A stretch of DNA of 64,000 nucleotides from Thermoanaerobaculia bacterium (lineage in GTDB: Bacteria > Acidobacteriota > Thermoanaerobaculia > Multivoradales > UBA5704): the NCBI GenBank assembly GCA_044226625.1, contig JBGAGQ010000024.1, positions 16,570 to 80,569 on the forward strand, given 5' to 3'. The translations under genes and the position numbers were made by a program. The notes under the pieces were generated by a model. It was not told the origin of the DNA, searched no databases, and saw nothing but the letters and a program-made list of their open reading frames with translations. Positions 50,598 to 59,191 of the stretch are shown one piece after another (the first letter of the stretch is position 1; every line of letters starts with the position of its first letter).

Positions 50598-51478
50598 TGA
50601 ACGCCGCGACCTCGAACGAAGCTGCGGCGAGCGCCGTCCCGTCCCTCGACCCCGCACCGGGAAGCGCGGCTCTCCGGCGACGCCAGCTGGGTGCCATCGT
50701 CCGCCTGGAGCTCAAGAAGGGGTTCTTCGGCCGCCGCTCGATCGGCCTCTGGCTGCTCGCGCTCGCGCCTCCCGCGCTGCTGTCGCTCCGCGTCCTGTTC
50801 ACGCCGGGCGATTCGGTCCGCAATCTGCTCGACCTGGCCCAAGCGCAGGCGATCTTTGCGGGCGCCATCTACCAGGCGTTCCTCCTGCGGGTGGTCGTGT
50901 TCCTGGGATGCGTCGGCATCTTCGGCAACCTGATACGCCGCGAGGTGCTCGATCGAACGCTCCACTATTACTTCCTCGCTCCCATCCGTCGCGAGTTGCT
51001 GGTCGTCGGCAAATACCTGACCGGTCTGGTCGTCGCGGGCTTCCTCTTCGGCCTGTCGACGGTGGCCTCGTTCCTCCTCACCTTCGGACCGATCAAGGGG
51101 GGCGGACACTTCCTCGCGGGAACCGGCCTGGGCCACCTGCTCGCCTACGTCGCGACGACGCTGCTCGCCTGCGCGGGCTACGGAGCGATCTTCCTGACCC
51201 TCGGCTTCTTCTTCCGGAGTCCCGCGATTCCCGCGCTCCTGATCTTCGGTTGGGAGGGGATCCACTTCCTCCTCCCTCCGCTGCTCAAGAAGGCGAGCGT
51301 GATCCACTACCTCCAGTCCCTGTCGCCGGTGCCCGTCTCCGACGGCCCACTCGCCATCCTCTCCGACGCGCCGAGCAAACCGGTGGCGGTGATCGGCCTG
51401 CTGATCTTCGCGGCGCTCCTCGTCGCGATCTCCGCCCGCCGGGCGCGGAGGATGGAGATCAAGTACGAGGAGGATTAG
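50594..51478 (+). CDS. ABC-2 type permease
   Basis: [25 protein letters not shown] motif; ~6 TM helices. Confidence 0.88.
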   Translation: MMNAATSNEAAASAVPSLDPAPGSAALRRRQLGAIVRLELKKGFFGRRSIGLWLLALAPPALLSLRVLFTPGDSVRNLLDLAQAQAIFAGAIYQAFLLRVVVFLGCVGIFGNLIRREVLDRTLHYYFLAPIRRELLVVGKYLTGLVVAGFLFGLSTVASFLLTFGPIKGGGHFLAGTGLGHLLAYVATTLLACAGYGAIFLTLGFFFRSPAIPALLIFGWEGIHFLLPPLLKKASVIHYLQSLSPVPVSDGPLAILSDAPSKPVAVIGLLIFAALLVAISARRARRMEIKYEED

Positions 51479-51484
51479 GGAACG

Positions 51485-51817
51485 ATGGCGGTAGAGATCG
51501 AATACTGCGTTGTGGTCACCACGACCGCCAACCGCGAGGACGCGGAGGTGCTCGCCAGGCACCTCCTCGCCGAACGGCTCGCGGCCTGCATCCAGATTTC
51601 GGCGATCGACAGCTTCTACGTCTGGAAAGGAGAGATCGCTCGGGAAGGCGAAGCTCTCCTCCAGGTGAAAACGCGCGCCGACCTGTACGAGAAGGTCGAA
51701 GCGGCGATCCGGTCCCGGCATCAATACGAGGTCCCGGAGATCCTCGCCCTTCCCGTTCTCGCCGGCTCCGCGCCCTATCTTCGGTGGATCGACGAGTCGA
51801 CCGCCGACCCCGAATGA
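51485..51817 (+). CDS. cutA: Divalent-cation tolerance protein CutA
   Basis: RLAACIQI, SFYVWKG, VKT, HQYEVPEI, YLRWI motifs. Confidence 0.95.
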   Translation: MAVEIEYCVVVTTTANREDAEVLARHLLAERLAACIQISAIDSFYVWKGEIAREGEALLQVKTRADLYEKVEAAIRSRHQYEVPEILALPVLAGSAPYLRWIDESTADPE

Positions 51818-51836
51818 AGACGGCTCGATCCGGGTC

Positions 51837-52610
51837 CTAACGGGCGGACAGATCGCCGCGCCAGGTGCCCACTTTCGTCTCGAACTTGTGGCAGAGCCCG
51901 AGAGTGCGGGCCATCAGAGCCTGCCATTCGGCGCCGCCGGTCTTCACGTTGGTGGCCCAGGCGGTCGCGAGATCCGCGGCGTCCTTGCCCGGGGTGGCGA
52001 CGACGAATACCGGGATGTGGGGGCCGAAGAGGGTCTCGAACACCCGGTAGCCGTCGCGGATCCCCTTGGCGGTGGCCAGGGCGCGCCACTCTTTCGCGAG
52101 CTGGTCGAGCTCGAACTCGGCGCCCGGGCGGAGATAGTAATAGTCGAACCGAACTACGCCGGTCTCCGCCACTGATACGCGCGGATTCGCGGGGGCGTAG
52201 CCGAGGTCCGGCCGCTCGCGGATGATCACGTCGTCCGTGCTCAGCATCGCGGCGTTGCCGCGAGCCATCAGGTCGTCGAATTTCTCGGCACCCAGCTTTC
52301 GGCCGAGCTCGGCGAAGGTCGAGGAAATTTTCGCCAGATCCTCGAAGCCGCTCATCGGAGCGATGAAATCGTAGGTCAGGTCGTCGTAGCTCCAGGCCAT
52401 GTAGTTCAGCGGGAAGCTCGTGATCTTGTGCTCTTTGAGCGCGCTGCGGAATTCGGCCGAAGTGGATTCGTATTGGGCGAGCTTTGCGGGATCGGCGTGT
52501 TCCCGATGGACGAGGAAGAGCTGTCCGGAGGGGGGCTGCGCCTGGGCGGCGAGGGCGAAAACGGCTGCGAAGAGCAAGGCGATGCCTAGGTTGCGACGAA
52601 GTCGGAACAT
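51837..52610 (-). CDS. Secreted hypothetical protein, tandem NIPSNAP/dimeric alpha-beta-barrel-like halves
   Basis: Signal ending AQA; two similar halves ending RPDLGY and RGDLSA; GGAGG RBS. Confidence 0.6.
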   Translation of the reverse strand: MFRLRRNLGIALLFAAVFALAAQAQPPSGQLFLVHREHADPAKLAQYESTSAEFRSALKEHKITSFPLNYMAWSYDDLTYDFIAPMSGFEDLAKISSTFAELGRKLGAEKFDDLMARGNAAMLSTDDVIIRERPDLGYAPANPRVSVAETGVVRFDYYYLRPGAEFELDQLAKEWRALATAKGIRDGYRVFETLFGPHIPVFVVATPGKDAADLATAWATNVKTGGAEWQALMARTLGLCHKFETKVGTWRGDLSAR

Positions 52611-52767
52611 GTCGTAGACCCTCCAGGTCGGGAAGTTGTCGGTTTCAGTGGGGCTCTACGCCGGACCAGGAATTTCGGATGACCGCTCGCTCGAACCGGG
52701 GTCGCCGGGATCCGGGAATGAGGCGTAAACCGGGCGGTGTTTACCTCGCCGAAGGTCGCCGGGCCCC

Positions 52768-52776
52768 TGCTATACT
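52768..52776 (+). promoter_or_regulatory. Extended -10 promoter for mqnE
   Basis: TGCTATACT about 70 nt upstream of ATG 52848. Confidence 0.5.
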
Positions 52777-52847
52777 GCCCGTCCATCGACCGGATCCAGC
52801 GATTGGGGAAACGGTCGAACCGGCCTGGTAGACCCCGAGGAATTGCG

Positions 52848-54014
52848 ATGCAGAACCCTGAGATCCGCCCCGAGCGCTTTCCTTCGAGCCTTCGCCCGCT
52901 CGCGGAAAAGGTCCGCGACGGGGTTCGCCTGACCGAGGACGACGCTCTGCTCTGTTTCACCACCCCCCACGTCGTGGCGCTCGGGCGTCTGGCCGACGCG
53001 GTGCGGCGCCGCCTGCACGGCAACGTCGCCTATTTCAACGTCAACCGGCACATCAATCCGACGAACGTCTGCGTCTATACCTACAACTGTAAGTTCTGCA
53101 GCTTCGCGGCGCTCAAAGGGGAAGCCCACGCCTGGGAGATGTCGCACGAAGAGGTCTACAAGCACGCGGCGGAGCAGGGGGGACAGCGGGCGACCGAGTT
53201 CCACATCGTCGGGGGGCTCCATCCGGACCTCTCGCTCGATTGGTATCTGGAGATGCTCCGCGGCCTGAAGGAGCGCTTTCCGAACGCTCATTTGAAGGCG
53301 TTCACGGCGATCGAGATCGGTTGGTTCGCGAAGCGCGAGAAGATCTCGATCGAAGAGGTCCTTCGCCACATGGTCGAGGCCGGTCTCGGGTCGCTGCCGG
53401 GCGGAGGCGCGGAGATCTTCCACAAGGACGTGCGCGAGATCATCTGCGACGGCAAGCTCGACGCGGACGAGTGGATCGAGGTCCACCGGATCGCGCACGG
53501 CATGGGGATCAAGAGCAACTGCACCATGCTCTACGGCCACGTCGAGCAGCCGGTCCACAAGGTCGATCACCTGATGCGCCTGCGCGCGCTGCAGGACGAG
53601 ACCGGCGGCTTCAACGCGTTCATCCCGCTCGCCTATCACCCCGAGAACAACTACATGGGGCTCAAGTACCACACGACGGGAAGCGACGATCTGCGCCATA
53701 TCGCGACCGCCCGCCTGGTGCTCGACAACATCCCGCACGTCAAGGCCTACTGGATCATGATCTCGCCGAAGCTCGCGCAGGTGGCGCTGCGCTTCGGGGC
53801 GGACGACCTCGACGGCACGGTGGTCGAGGAGACCATCTACCACATGGCGGGAGCCGGAACCCCGCAGCAGATGACCCGAGGCGAGCTCGAACGGATCGTC
53901 CGCCTGGCCGGGTTCGAGCCGATCGAGCGCGACACGCTCTACAACCCGATCGCTTCGTCCTCCCACCAAGCTCCGGTGCAGGTCGAAGCCGCCGCGCTTG
54001 CCACCGGCCTCTAA
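52848..54014 (+). CDS. mqnE: Aminofutalosine synthase (radical SAM, futalosine menaquinone pathway)
   Basis: NRHINPTNVC, HIVGGLHP, HLKAFTAIEI, LPGGGAEIF, TMLYGH, LQDETGGF..FIPL, HVKAYW, DGTVVEE.IYHMAG. Confidence 0.9.
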   Translation: MQNPEIRPERFPSSLRPLAEKVRDGVRLTEDDALLCFTTPHVVALGRLADAVRRRLHGNVAYFNVNRHINPTNVCVYTYNCKFCSFAALKGEAHAWEMSHEEVYKHAAEQGGQRATEFHIVGGLHPDLSLDWYLEMLRGLKERFPNAHLKAFTAIEIGWFAKREKISIEEVLRHMVEAGLGSLPGGGAEIFHKDVREIICDGKLDADEWIEVHRIAHGMGIKSNCTMLYGHVEQPVHKVDHLMRLRALQDETGGFNAFIPLAYHPENNYMGLKYHTTGSDDLRHIATARLVLDNIPHVKAYWIMISPKLAQVALRFGADDLDGTVVEETIYHMAGAGTPQQMTRGELERIVRLAGFEPIERDTLYNPIASSSHQAPVQVEAAALATGL

Positions 54015-54024
54015 AGAAAGCCTC

Positions 54025-54741
54025 GTGAGCGGACCGGCGCTTCCGTACCATTACATCGCGGTCGACGGACCGATCGGGGTGGGCAAGACCACCCTGGTCG
54101 AGATGCTCACCCGTCATTACATCGCGGTCGACGGACCGATCGGGGTGGGCAAGACCACCCTGGTCGAGATGCTCACCCGTCACTTCGAGGGGGTGAAGGT
54201 CCTCGAGGACGTGAACAACCCGTTCCTCGGCGACTTCTACCAGGACCGCCCGGGGGCAGCGTTCCAGACCGAGCTCTATTTTCTGCTCTCGCGCTTCAAG
54301 CAGCAGCAGGGGATCGCCCAGCGCGAGCTGTTCGAGCGGGTGGTGATCTCGGACTACACGTTCCAGAAGAACCGGATCTTCGCCTACCTGAACCTGTCGG
54401 ACGACGAGCTGATGCTGTTCGACAAGCTGTACGCTTTGCTCGAGCCGCAGGTGCCGAAGCCCGATCTCATCCTCTACCTGGTGGCCGACGTCGACACCTG
54501 CATGGATCGGATCAAGCGCCGCGCGCGGACGGTCGAAAAGACCCTCGCCCGGGATTACGAGTCCGAGCTGATCGACGCCTACAACCACTACTACCACTAC
54601 TACGAGCAGTCGCCGCTCCTCGTGGTCGACACGCGCTACTTGAATTTCCCCGAGCGCCCGGAGGATTTCACCGAGCTGCTGCATCGGCTTTCGCGGCCGA
54701 TCAAGGGGACCGAGTACTTCCAGCCGGTCGGCTCGCGGTAG
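54025..54741 (+). CDS. Deoxynucleoside kinase (dck/dgk family) with duplicated P-loop segment
   Basis: IAVDGPIGVGKTTL (twice), NPFL..FY, FLLSRF, PKPDLILYL; conserved position upstream of panB. Confidence 0.88.
   Translation: MSGPALPYHYIAVDGPIGVGKTTLVEMLTRHYIAVDGPIGVGKTTLVEMLTRHFEGVKVLEDVNNPFLGDFYQDRPGAAFQTELYFLLSRFKQQQGIAQRELFERVVISDYTFQKNRIFAYLNLSDDELMLFDKLYALLEPQVPKPDLILYLVADVDTCMDRIKRRARTVEKTLARDYESELIDAYNHYYHYYEQSPLLVVDTRYLNFPERPEDFTELLHRLSRPIKGTEYFQPVGSR
54049..54180 (+). repeat. Exact 66-bp tandem duplication
   Basis: 54049-54114 is identical to 54115-54180; encodes HYIAVDGPIGVGKTTLVEMLTR twice. Confidence 0.97.
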
Positions 54742-54763
54742 CGCGCCGCGGGGTGCCCGCCGA

Positions 54764-54996
54764 CCGTTTGATCTGGCCGGGCGACCCGCGTCGCGAGGGA
54801 GGCTGCCGCAGGGACCGAGACGGAAAGAACCGAAAGCGCCCCGTTCGAGGGTGCGACGGTCGCGGCAGAGGGCCGGATCCACCGAAAGGGGACCGACACC
54901 TCGATCCAACCGACGATCCGCTCGCGAGACCTCGATCCGCAACGGGACAAACTTGCGCTCCGCGGCCCTTCCGCCTCCCCGGCTCGAAGGGCTTTT
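54764..54996 (+). ncRNA. Candidate cis-regulatory leader of panBCD (pan-motif-like) with terminator-like hairpin
   Basis: CCGTTTGATC...GGACCGAGACGG bulged stem, further GATCC...GGAC hairpins, then GCCCTTC-N14-GAAGGGC-TTTT. Confidence 0.45.
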
Positions 54997-55045
54997 CGCT
55001 TTCTGGGGCTCAAATCCCCGAAGGCCAGGAACGGAGCGCGAACGA

Positions 55046-55885
55046 ATGGCCACGAAGCGCATCACGGTTCCCTCGATCGTCGAAGCCCCCGTGCGCGGCG
55101 ACCGTCTGGTGATGGTCACCGCCTACGACTACCCGCAAGGCAAGACGGCAGATGCCGCGGGCGCCGACATCGTCCTGGTCGGCGACTCTCTCGCGATGGT
55201 CGTCCTCGGTCATCCTGACACCCTGTCGGTGACCCTGGACGAGATGATCCACCACACGCGGGCCGTGCGCCGCGGCGTCGAACGGGCCCTCTTGGTCGCC
55301 GACATGCCGTACGGATCGTTTCACCTCGGGCCGGACCAGGCGGTCGCCTCGGCCATCCGCTTCGTCAAGGAAGCCGGAGCGCAGGCGGTGAAGATCGAAG
55401 GGGGGCGCCCCGACGTGGTGCGCGCGCTCGATCGAGCGGAGGTCCCGGTGATGGCGCACCTCGGCCTCACGCCGCAGTCGGTCCACCGCATGGGCGGTTT
55501 CAAGGTGCAGGGGCGCAATCAGGACGCGGCCCGGAAGATCGTCGACGCCGCGTTGGAGCTCGAAGACGCGGGGGCTTTCTCGCTTGTCCTCGAGTGCGTT
55601 CCGAGCGATCTCGGAACGGAGATCTCCGATCGGCTGACGATCCCGACGATCGGCATCGGAGCGGGCGCCGGCTGTGACGGCCAGGTGCTCGTCTATCACG
55701 ACCTCCTCGGCCTCGAAGAGCGCATCGCCCCCCGGTTCGTACGGCGCTACGCGGAGATCGGCCACGCCTCGCGCGAGGCGATCGAGCGTTTCGCTTCGGA
55801 CGTGCGGGAAGGGCGCTTCCCGTCGCCCGAAGAGAGCTACGGCGCACTCGAACCGAAACCCGAGCTGCGAAAGATCTACGGCTAG
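55046..55885 (+). CDS. panB: 3-methyl-2-oxobutanoate hydroxymethyltransferase
   Basis: VTAYDY, LVGDSL, ADMPYGS, VKIEGG, HLGLTPQS, IGIGAG..CDGQVLV. Confidence 0.97.
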   Translation: MATKRITVPSIVEAPVRGDRLVMVTAYDYPQGKTADAAGADIVLVGDSLAMVVLGHPDTLSVTLDEMIHHTRAVRRGVERALLVADMPYGSFHLGPDQAVASAIRFVKEAGAQAVKIEGGRPDVVRALDRAEVPVMAHLGLTPQSVHRMGGFKVQGRNQDAARKIVDAALELEDAGAFSLVLECVPSDLGTEISDRLTIPTIGIGAGAGCDGQVLVYHDLLGLEERIAPRFVRRYAEIGHASREAIERFASDVREGRFPSPEESYGALEPKPELRKIYG

Positions 55886-55894
55886 GGCGCACGA

Positions 55895-56755
55895 ATGCTC
55901 CAAATTCGCGACGAGGCGGCGCTCCGTCAGGAGCTAGCGCTGTGGTCCGTGCGGGGGCGCACGGTCGGATTCGTTCCGACCATGGGCGCTCTCCACGAAG
56001 GGCACCTGTCGCTCGTTCGGGCGGCCCGCGAACGGGCCGATCGGGTGGTCGCCTCGGTGTTCGTCAACCCGACGCAGTTCAACCGGGCGGAGGACCTCTC
56101 GAGCTACCCGCGCCAGCCGGATCGCGACGCCGAGATGCTCGAATCGGCCGGCTGCGATCTCCTGTTTCTGCCCGACGTGTCGACCGTCTATCCCGAAGGG
56201 CATTCGGTCTTCATCGAGCCCGGCGGACCGGCCGAGGGGTTGGAAGGCGAATTTCGCCCAGGGCACTTCCGCGGCGTCGCCACGGTGGTGGCAGCCCTGT
56301 TCAACCTGGTGCGGCCGGATTTCGCGGTGTTCGGCCGCAAGGACGCGCAGCAACTCGCCGTGATCTCGAAGCTGGTTCGCGATCTGCACTTTCCCGTGGA
56401 GATCGTTCCCGGCGAGACGGTCCGCGAGACGGACGGGCTCGCCATGTCCTCCCGAAACGTCTTTCTCGGACCCGAGGAGCGTAAGGCCGCGACGGTGCTC
56501 TACCGTTCGCTCGTCGCGGCCCGCGCGGCGATCGAGTCGGGAGAGCGCCGAGGGGACGAGATCCGAAGGATCCTCCGCGAGAGCCTCGCAAGCGAGCCGC
56601 TCGTCGAGGTCGAGTACGCCGAGGCGGTCGATGCCGACACGTTCCGTCCGGTCGAGACCCTCTCGGGTGATGTGGTTCTGCCGCTCGCGGTACGCCTGGG
56701 CAGCACCCGTTTGATCGACAACTTTCATCTCTCCATCGAGAGCGAAGGGGTATAG
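55895..56755 (+). CDS. panC: Pantoate-beta-alanine ligase
   Basis: [43 protein letters not shown]. Confidence 0.97.
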   Translation: MLQIRDEAALRQELALWSVRGRTVGFVPTMGALHEGHLSLVRAARERADRVVASVFVNPTQFNRAEDLSSYPRQPDRDAEMLESAGCDLLFLPDVSTVYPEGHSVFIEPGGPAEGLEGEFRPGHFRGVATVVAALFNLVRPDFAVFGRKDAQQLAVISKLVRDLHFPVEIVPGETVRETDGLAMSSRNVFLGPEERKAATVLYRSLVAARAAIESGERRGDEIRRILRESLASEPLVEVEYAEAVDADTFRPVETLSGDVVLPLAVRLGSTRLIDNFHLSIESEGV

Positions 56756-56760
56756 GCGAC

Positions 56761-57165
56761 ATGAAGCGCACGATGCTCAAATCGAAGATCCACCGGGCGA
56801 CGGTGACCGATGCCAACCTCCACTATCAGGGCTCGGTGACGATCGATCCCCTTCTGCTCGAGGCGGCCGACATCTTGGAGCACGAGCGGATCGAGATCTA
56901 CAACGTCACCAACGGCGAGCGCTTCGCGACCTACGCGATTCCGGGCAAGCCGGGCAAGGGAGAGATCTGCATCAATGGCGCCGCGGCCCATAAGGCAAAG
57001 GCGGGGGATCTCGTGATCCTCGCGACCTATGCCGAGTACGAGGCAGAAGAGCTGCGCGAGCATCATCCGAAGCTCGTCTTCGTCGACGAGCAGAACCGGA
57101 ATCTCGCGCCGCTTCCGGGAATCGAAACCGCCGAGCCGGCTGAGTCGCTGGCGGTGGCTCACTGA
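56761..57165 (+). CDS. panD: Aspartate 1-decarboxylase
   Basis: [18 protein letters not shown] (G-S self-cleavage site), [14 protein letters not shown]. Confidence 0.97.
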   Translation: MKRTMLKSKIHRATVTDANLHYQGSVTIDPLLLEAADILEHERIEIYNVTNGERFATYAIPGKPGKGEICINGAAAHKAKAGDLVILATYAEYEAEELREHHPKLVFVDEQNRNLAPLPGIETAEPAESLAVAH

Positions 57166-57182
57166 ACCGCTTGGGAGACCGC

Positions 57183-57995
57183 ATGGAAGCGACCGTCTCT
57201 TCACCGCCCGCCGCCGATCTCGAGGTCGCGCCGCTCACCATCGCCGATCGAACCTTCCGGTCCCGCCTGATCCTCGGAACCGGCAAATATCCGAGCTTTC
57301 CGGCGATGGTGGCCGCACTCGACGCCTCCGGCACCGAGGTGGTGACCGTCGCGCTCCGCCGCGTGAACCTCGATCAGCTGGGGAAGGGCTCACTGATCGA
57401 TTTCGTCGACCCGGAGCGTTATCTCCTCCTGCCGAACACCGCCGGCTGCTATACGGCCGACGAGGCGGTGAGGACCGCCCGGCTGGCGCGCGAGCTGGGC
57501 GGCTGGAACTGGGTGAAGCTCGAGGTGATCGGCGACAAGAAGACCCTCTTCCCCGATACGCTCGAGCTCCTCAAGGCGACCGAGACCCTGGTCGCCGAAG
57601 GGTTCGTCGTCCTCCCCTACACGAACGACGACCCGATCGTCTGCCGCCGTCTCGAAGAGCTGGGCGCCGCGGCCGTCATGCCGCTCGGCGCGCCGATCGG
57701 TTCGGGCATGGGCATCCGCAACCGGGCGAACCTGACGATCATCATCGAGCAGGCTACCGTCCCGGTGATCGTGGACGCCGGGGTGGGAACGGCGAGCGAC
57801 GCGGCGGTCGCGATGGAGCTGGGCGCTGACGGTGTGCTCATGAACACGGCGGTCGCCGAAGCGCAGGACCCTGTCCGTATGGCGCTCGCGATGAAGCTCG
57901 GCGTCGAGGCCGGTTGGCACGCGGCGAACGCGGGTCGGATTCCGAAGCGCCTCTACGCCTCCGCCTCCTCGCCGCTCGACGGGTTGATCGAGTAG
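57183..57995 (+). CDS. thiG: Thiazole synthase
   Basis: [48 protein letters not shown]. Confidence 0.97.
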   Translation: MEATVSSPPAADLEVAPLTIADRTFRSRLILGTGKYPSFPAMVAALDASGTEVVTVALRRVNLDQLGKGSLIDFVDPERYLLLPNTAGCYTADEAVRTARLARELGGWNWVKLEVIGDKKTLFPDTLELLKATETLVAEGFVVLPYTNDDPIVCRRLEELGAAAVMPLGAPIGSGMGIRNRANLTIIIEQATVPVIVDAGVGTASDAAVAMELGADGVLMNTAVAEAQDPVRMALAMKLGVEAGWHAANAGRIPKRLYASASSPLDGLIE

Positions 57996-58002
57996 CGTCG
58001 AA

Positions 58003-58032
58003 TTGACAAGCGCTTGAGGTGCCCCCTAGAAT
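58003..58032 (+). promoter_or_regulatory. Sigma70 promoter of tRNA-Asn
   Basis: TTGACA-N18-TAGAAT followed by a GC-rich discriminator. Confidence 0.75.
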
Positions 58033-58082
58033 CCGCCCTCCGGCGCGCCCGCGCCGTGCGGTTCGATTTTCAGCGTGTCCAT

Positions 58083-58157
58083 TCCTCGGTAGCTCAACGG
58101 TAGAGCGTTCGGCTGTTAACCGAAATGTTGGGGGTTCGAATCCCTCCCGAGGAGCCA
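58083..58157 (+). tRNA. tRNA-Asn (anticodon GTT)
   Basis: TCCTCGG/CCGAGGA acceptor stem, TAGCTCAACGGTAGAGC D-arm, TTCGG-CTGTTAA-CCGAA anticodon arm, GGTTCGAATCC, CCA. Confidence 0.97.
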
Positions 58158-58283
58158 CTCTCCCGTTTCGCCCCCTCAACGATCGCTTCGAGCGGCCTTT
58201 AACGCCGCCCGCGGGAGCTTTCCTCCCGCCACCTGATTCTCGCTCGGCGTCGCCCCGTGCTTGCGTGCCGCAGGTCGGGGTGT

Positions 58284-58307
58284 ATACTGAACCATATGGT
58301 TCAGTAT
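58284..58307. promoter_or_regulatory. Perfect 24-bp palindromic operator overlapping the -10 box and start codon of the ArsR gene
   Basis: ATACTGAACCAT-ATGGTTCAGTAT; TATACT at 58283-58288, ATG at 58296. Confidence 0.8.
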
Positions 58308-58661
58308 GTCGAAGCTTCCCTCGACGCCTCGTTCGCCGCCCTCTCCGATGCCACCCGGCGCGGCGTGCTCGAACAGCTCGGACGCGCCGATGCGTCGATC
58401 ACGGATCTTGCCGAGAGATTTCACATGACGCTCACGGGCATGAAGAAGCACGTGGGCGTCCTGGAACAGGCGGGGCTCGTCACCACGGAAAAGGTCGGGC
58501 GTGTACGGACCTGTTCGCTCGGCGGGAGCCGACTGGAGGAAGCGGCGGCCTGGATCGAGAGGTACCACCGCTTATGGAGCGCACGCTTCGAGGCCTTGGA
58601 CACGGTGATCGAGGCGCTCAAACGAAAGGAAAAAGCCGATGGTCGAACCAACAGAGAGTGA
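58296..58661 (+). CDS. ArsR/SmtB family transcriptional regulator
   Basis: FAALSDATRRGVL, KHVGVLEQAGLV, KVGRVR. Confidence 0.92.
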   Translation: MVQYVEASLDASFAALSDATRRGVLEQLGRADASITDLAERFHMTLTGMKKHVGVLEQAGLVTTEKVGRVRTCSLGGSRLEEAAAWIERYHRLWSARFEALDTVIEALKRKEKADGRTNRE

Positions 58662-59148
58662 GCCCGCTTCCCCGAAGAACCGTACGGTCGTGGAACGGGC
58701 GTCCGATCGCGAGCTCGTCGTGACGCGAACCTTCGATGGGCCGGCGCGTCTCGTGTTCCAGGCGTGGACCCAGCCCGAGCTGCTCAAACAGTGGTGGGTT
58801 CCGCAGTCGATGGGGATGTGCCTGCTTTCACTGGACGCGGACGTCCGCACGGGCGGCCGATATCGCCTAGTGTTCAAGTACGAGGACTCGACCATGGAGT
58901 TCTTCGGCAGGTATCTCGAAGTGACCCCGTACTCACGGCTCGTCTGGACCAACGAAGAGAGCGGGGACGAGGGGTCCGTCACGACGGTGACGTTCGAGGA
59001 GAACGATGGCAAGACGCTGCTCGTCATGCGCGACCTGTATCCCTCGAAGGAAGCCCTCGACGCCGCGGGTACCGGCGCGGCGGATGCGACGGTCGAAACC
59101 TTCGCGCAACTGGACGAGGTCCTCAGCGCCCTGGCCGCGCAGTCGTGA
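58639..59148 (+). CDS. SRPBCC/AHSA1 domain protein
   Basis: ELVVTRTFDGP..LVFQAWT.PELLKQWW, DVRTGGRY, RLVWT; typical ArsR-SRPBCC pair. Confidence 0.9.
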   Translation: MVEPTESEPASPKNRTVVERASDRELVVTRTFDGPARLVFQAWTQPELLKQWWVPQSMGMCLLSLDADVRTGGRYRLVFKYEDSTMEFFGRYLEVTPYSRLVWTNEESGDEGSVTTVTFEENDGKTLLVMRDLYPSKEALDAAGTGAADATVETFAQLDEVLSALAAQS

Positions 59149-59191
59149 ACTTGTCGGTTGATAGAGTCCCTCGATTCTGGGGGGTCATCCG

